A stretch of 64,000 bases of DNA from Rikenellaceae bacterium. GTDB taxonomy: Bacteria > Bacteroidota > Bacteroidia > Bacteroidales > Rikenellaceae. The translations under genes were made by a program, and so were the position numbers. Position 1 is the first letter of the stretch. Every line of letters begins with the position of its first letter. Below are positions 63,989 to 64,000 of the stretch, in pieces. The stretch spans positions 204,403 through 268,402 of the forward strand of contig SUZK01000001.1 in the NCBI GenBank assembly GCA_015059955.1, in the 5' to 3' direction. The notes beneath the pieces are model-generated. The model was not told the DNA's origin. It saw only the letters and a list, made by a program, of their open reading frames with translations, and searched no databases.

Positions 63989-64000
63989 TATCGGCGTTAT

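Noticed and set aside
55309-64000. Search for an integrase, transposase, or a direct repeat of the tRNA-Arg 3' end to delimit the island
   Set aside because: None is visible in the window. The island is therefore reported only as compositionally and functionally atypical, not as a defined mobile element.

Overview
This 64-kb window looks like a Bacteroidales (Prevotella/Bacteroides-like) chromosome. The evidence is TAnnTTTG-type -7 promoter boxes, very many lipobox lipoproteins, a DUF349-pyrG-yidC arrangement, and ptb-buk. I support about 46 protein-coding genes, 2 tRNAs (initiator tRNA-Met, tRNA-Arg-TCT), one degraded tRNA relic and one DUF1016 gene fragment. There is no rRNA, CRISPR array, transposase or integrase in the window.

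Layout:
- 0.2-18 kb: housekeeping genes (M49 dipeptidyl-peptidase III, SlyD, Hanks kinase, yidC, pyrG, DUF349, ackA-ptb-buk, aroQ, Wzx-like flippase, thiL).
- 18-39 kb: almost entirely secreted or lipoprotein genes. This includes a tightly packed 8-gene minus-strand operon (26.5-39.1 kb) encoding BACON/LRR lipoproteins, an S8 subtilase, a DUF1573 protein and Ig/FN3-repeat lipoproteins, with no SusC/SusD.
- 39.9-45.0 kb: a 5-gene heterodisulfide-reductase-like (HdrC-HdrB-HdrA-ferredoxin-membrane HdrD/DsrMK-like) operon.
- 45-51.5 kb: a GalNAc/GlcNAc salvage module (DUF4091/GH123-like, GH109-like, NahK homologue).
- 51.6-54.5 kb: two fimbrillin-like lipoproteins.
- From tRNA-Arg at 55.2 kb to the window end: a visibly AT-richer accessory island (two metallophosphoesterases, an orphan HigA-like HTH, a DUF234-type ATPase, a SIR2-like protein with Asn at the usual catalytic His position, a non-canonical Fic protein, and an unknown gene open to the window edge).

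Non-genic structure worth attention:
- A family of about 126-bp palindromic elements sits immediately 3' of stop codons, always oriented with the upstream gene (6 copies, one pair as a 139-bp tandem duplication).
- A 12-unit array with 9-bp periodicity and a perfect G-quadruplex motif lies upstream of the kinase.
- A candidate invertible promoter has about 21-bp inverted repeats flanking about 150 bp.
- A promoter-to-terminator unit of about 270 nt has no convincing ORF and is a candidate ncRNA or leader.

All functional calls rest on motif and family recognition by eye. No database search was run.
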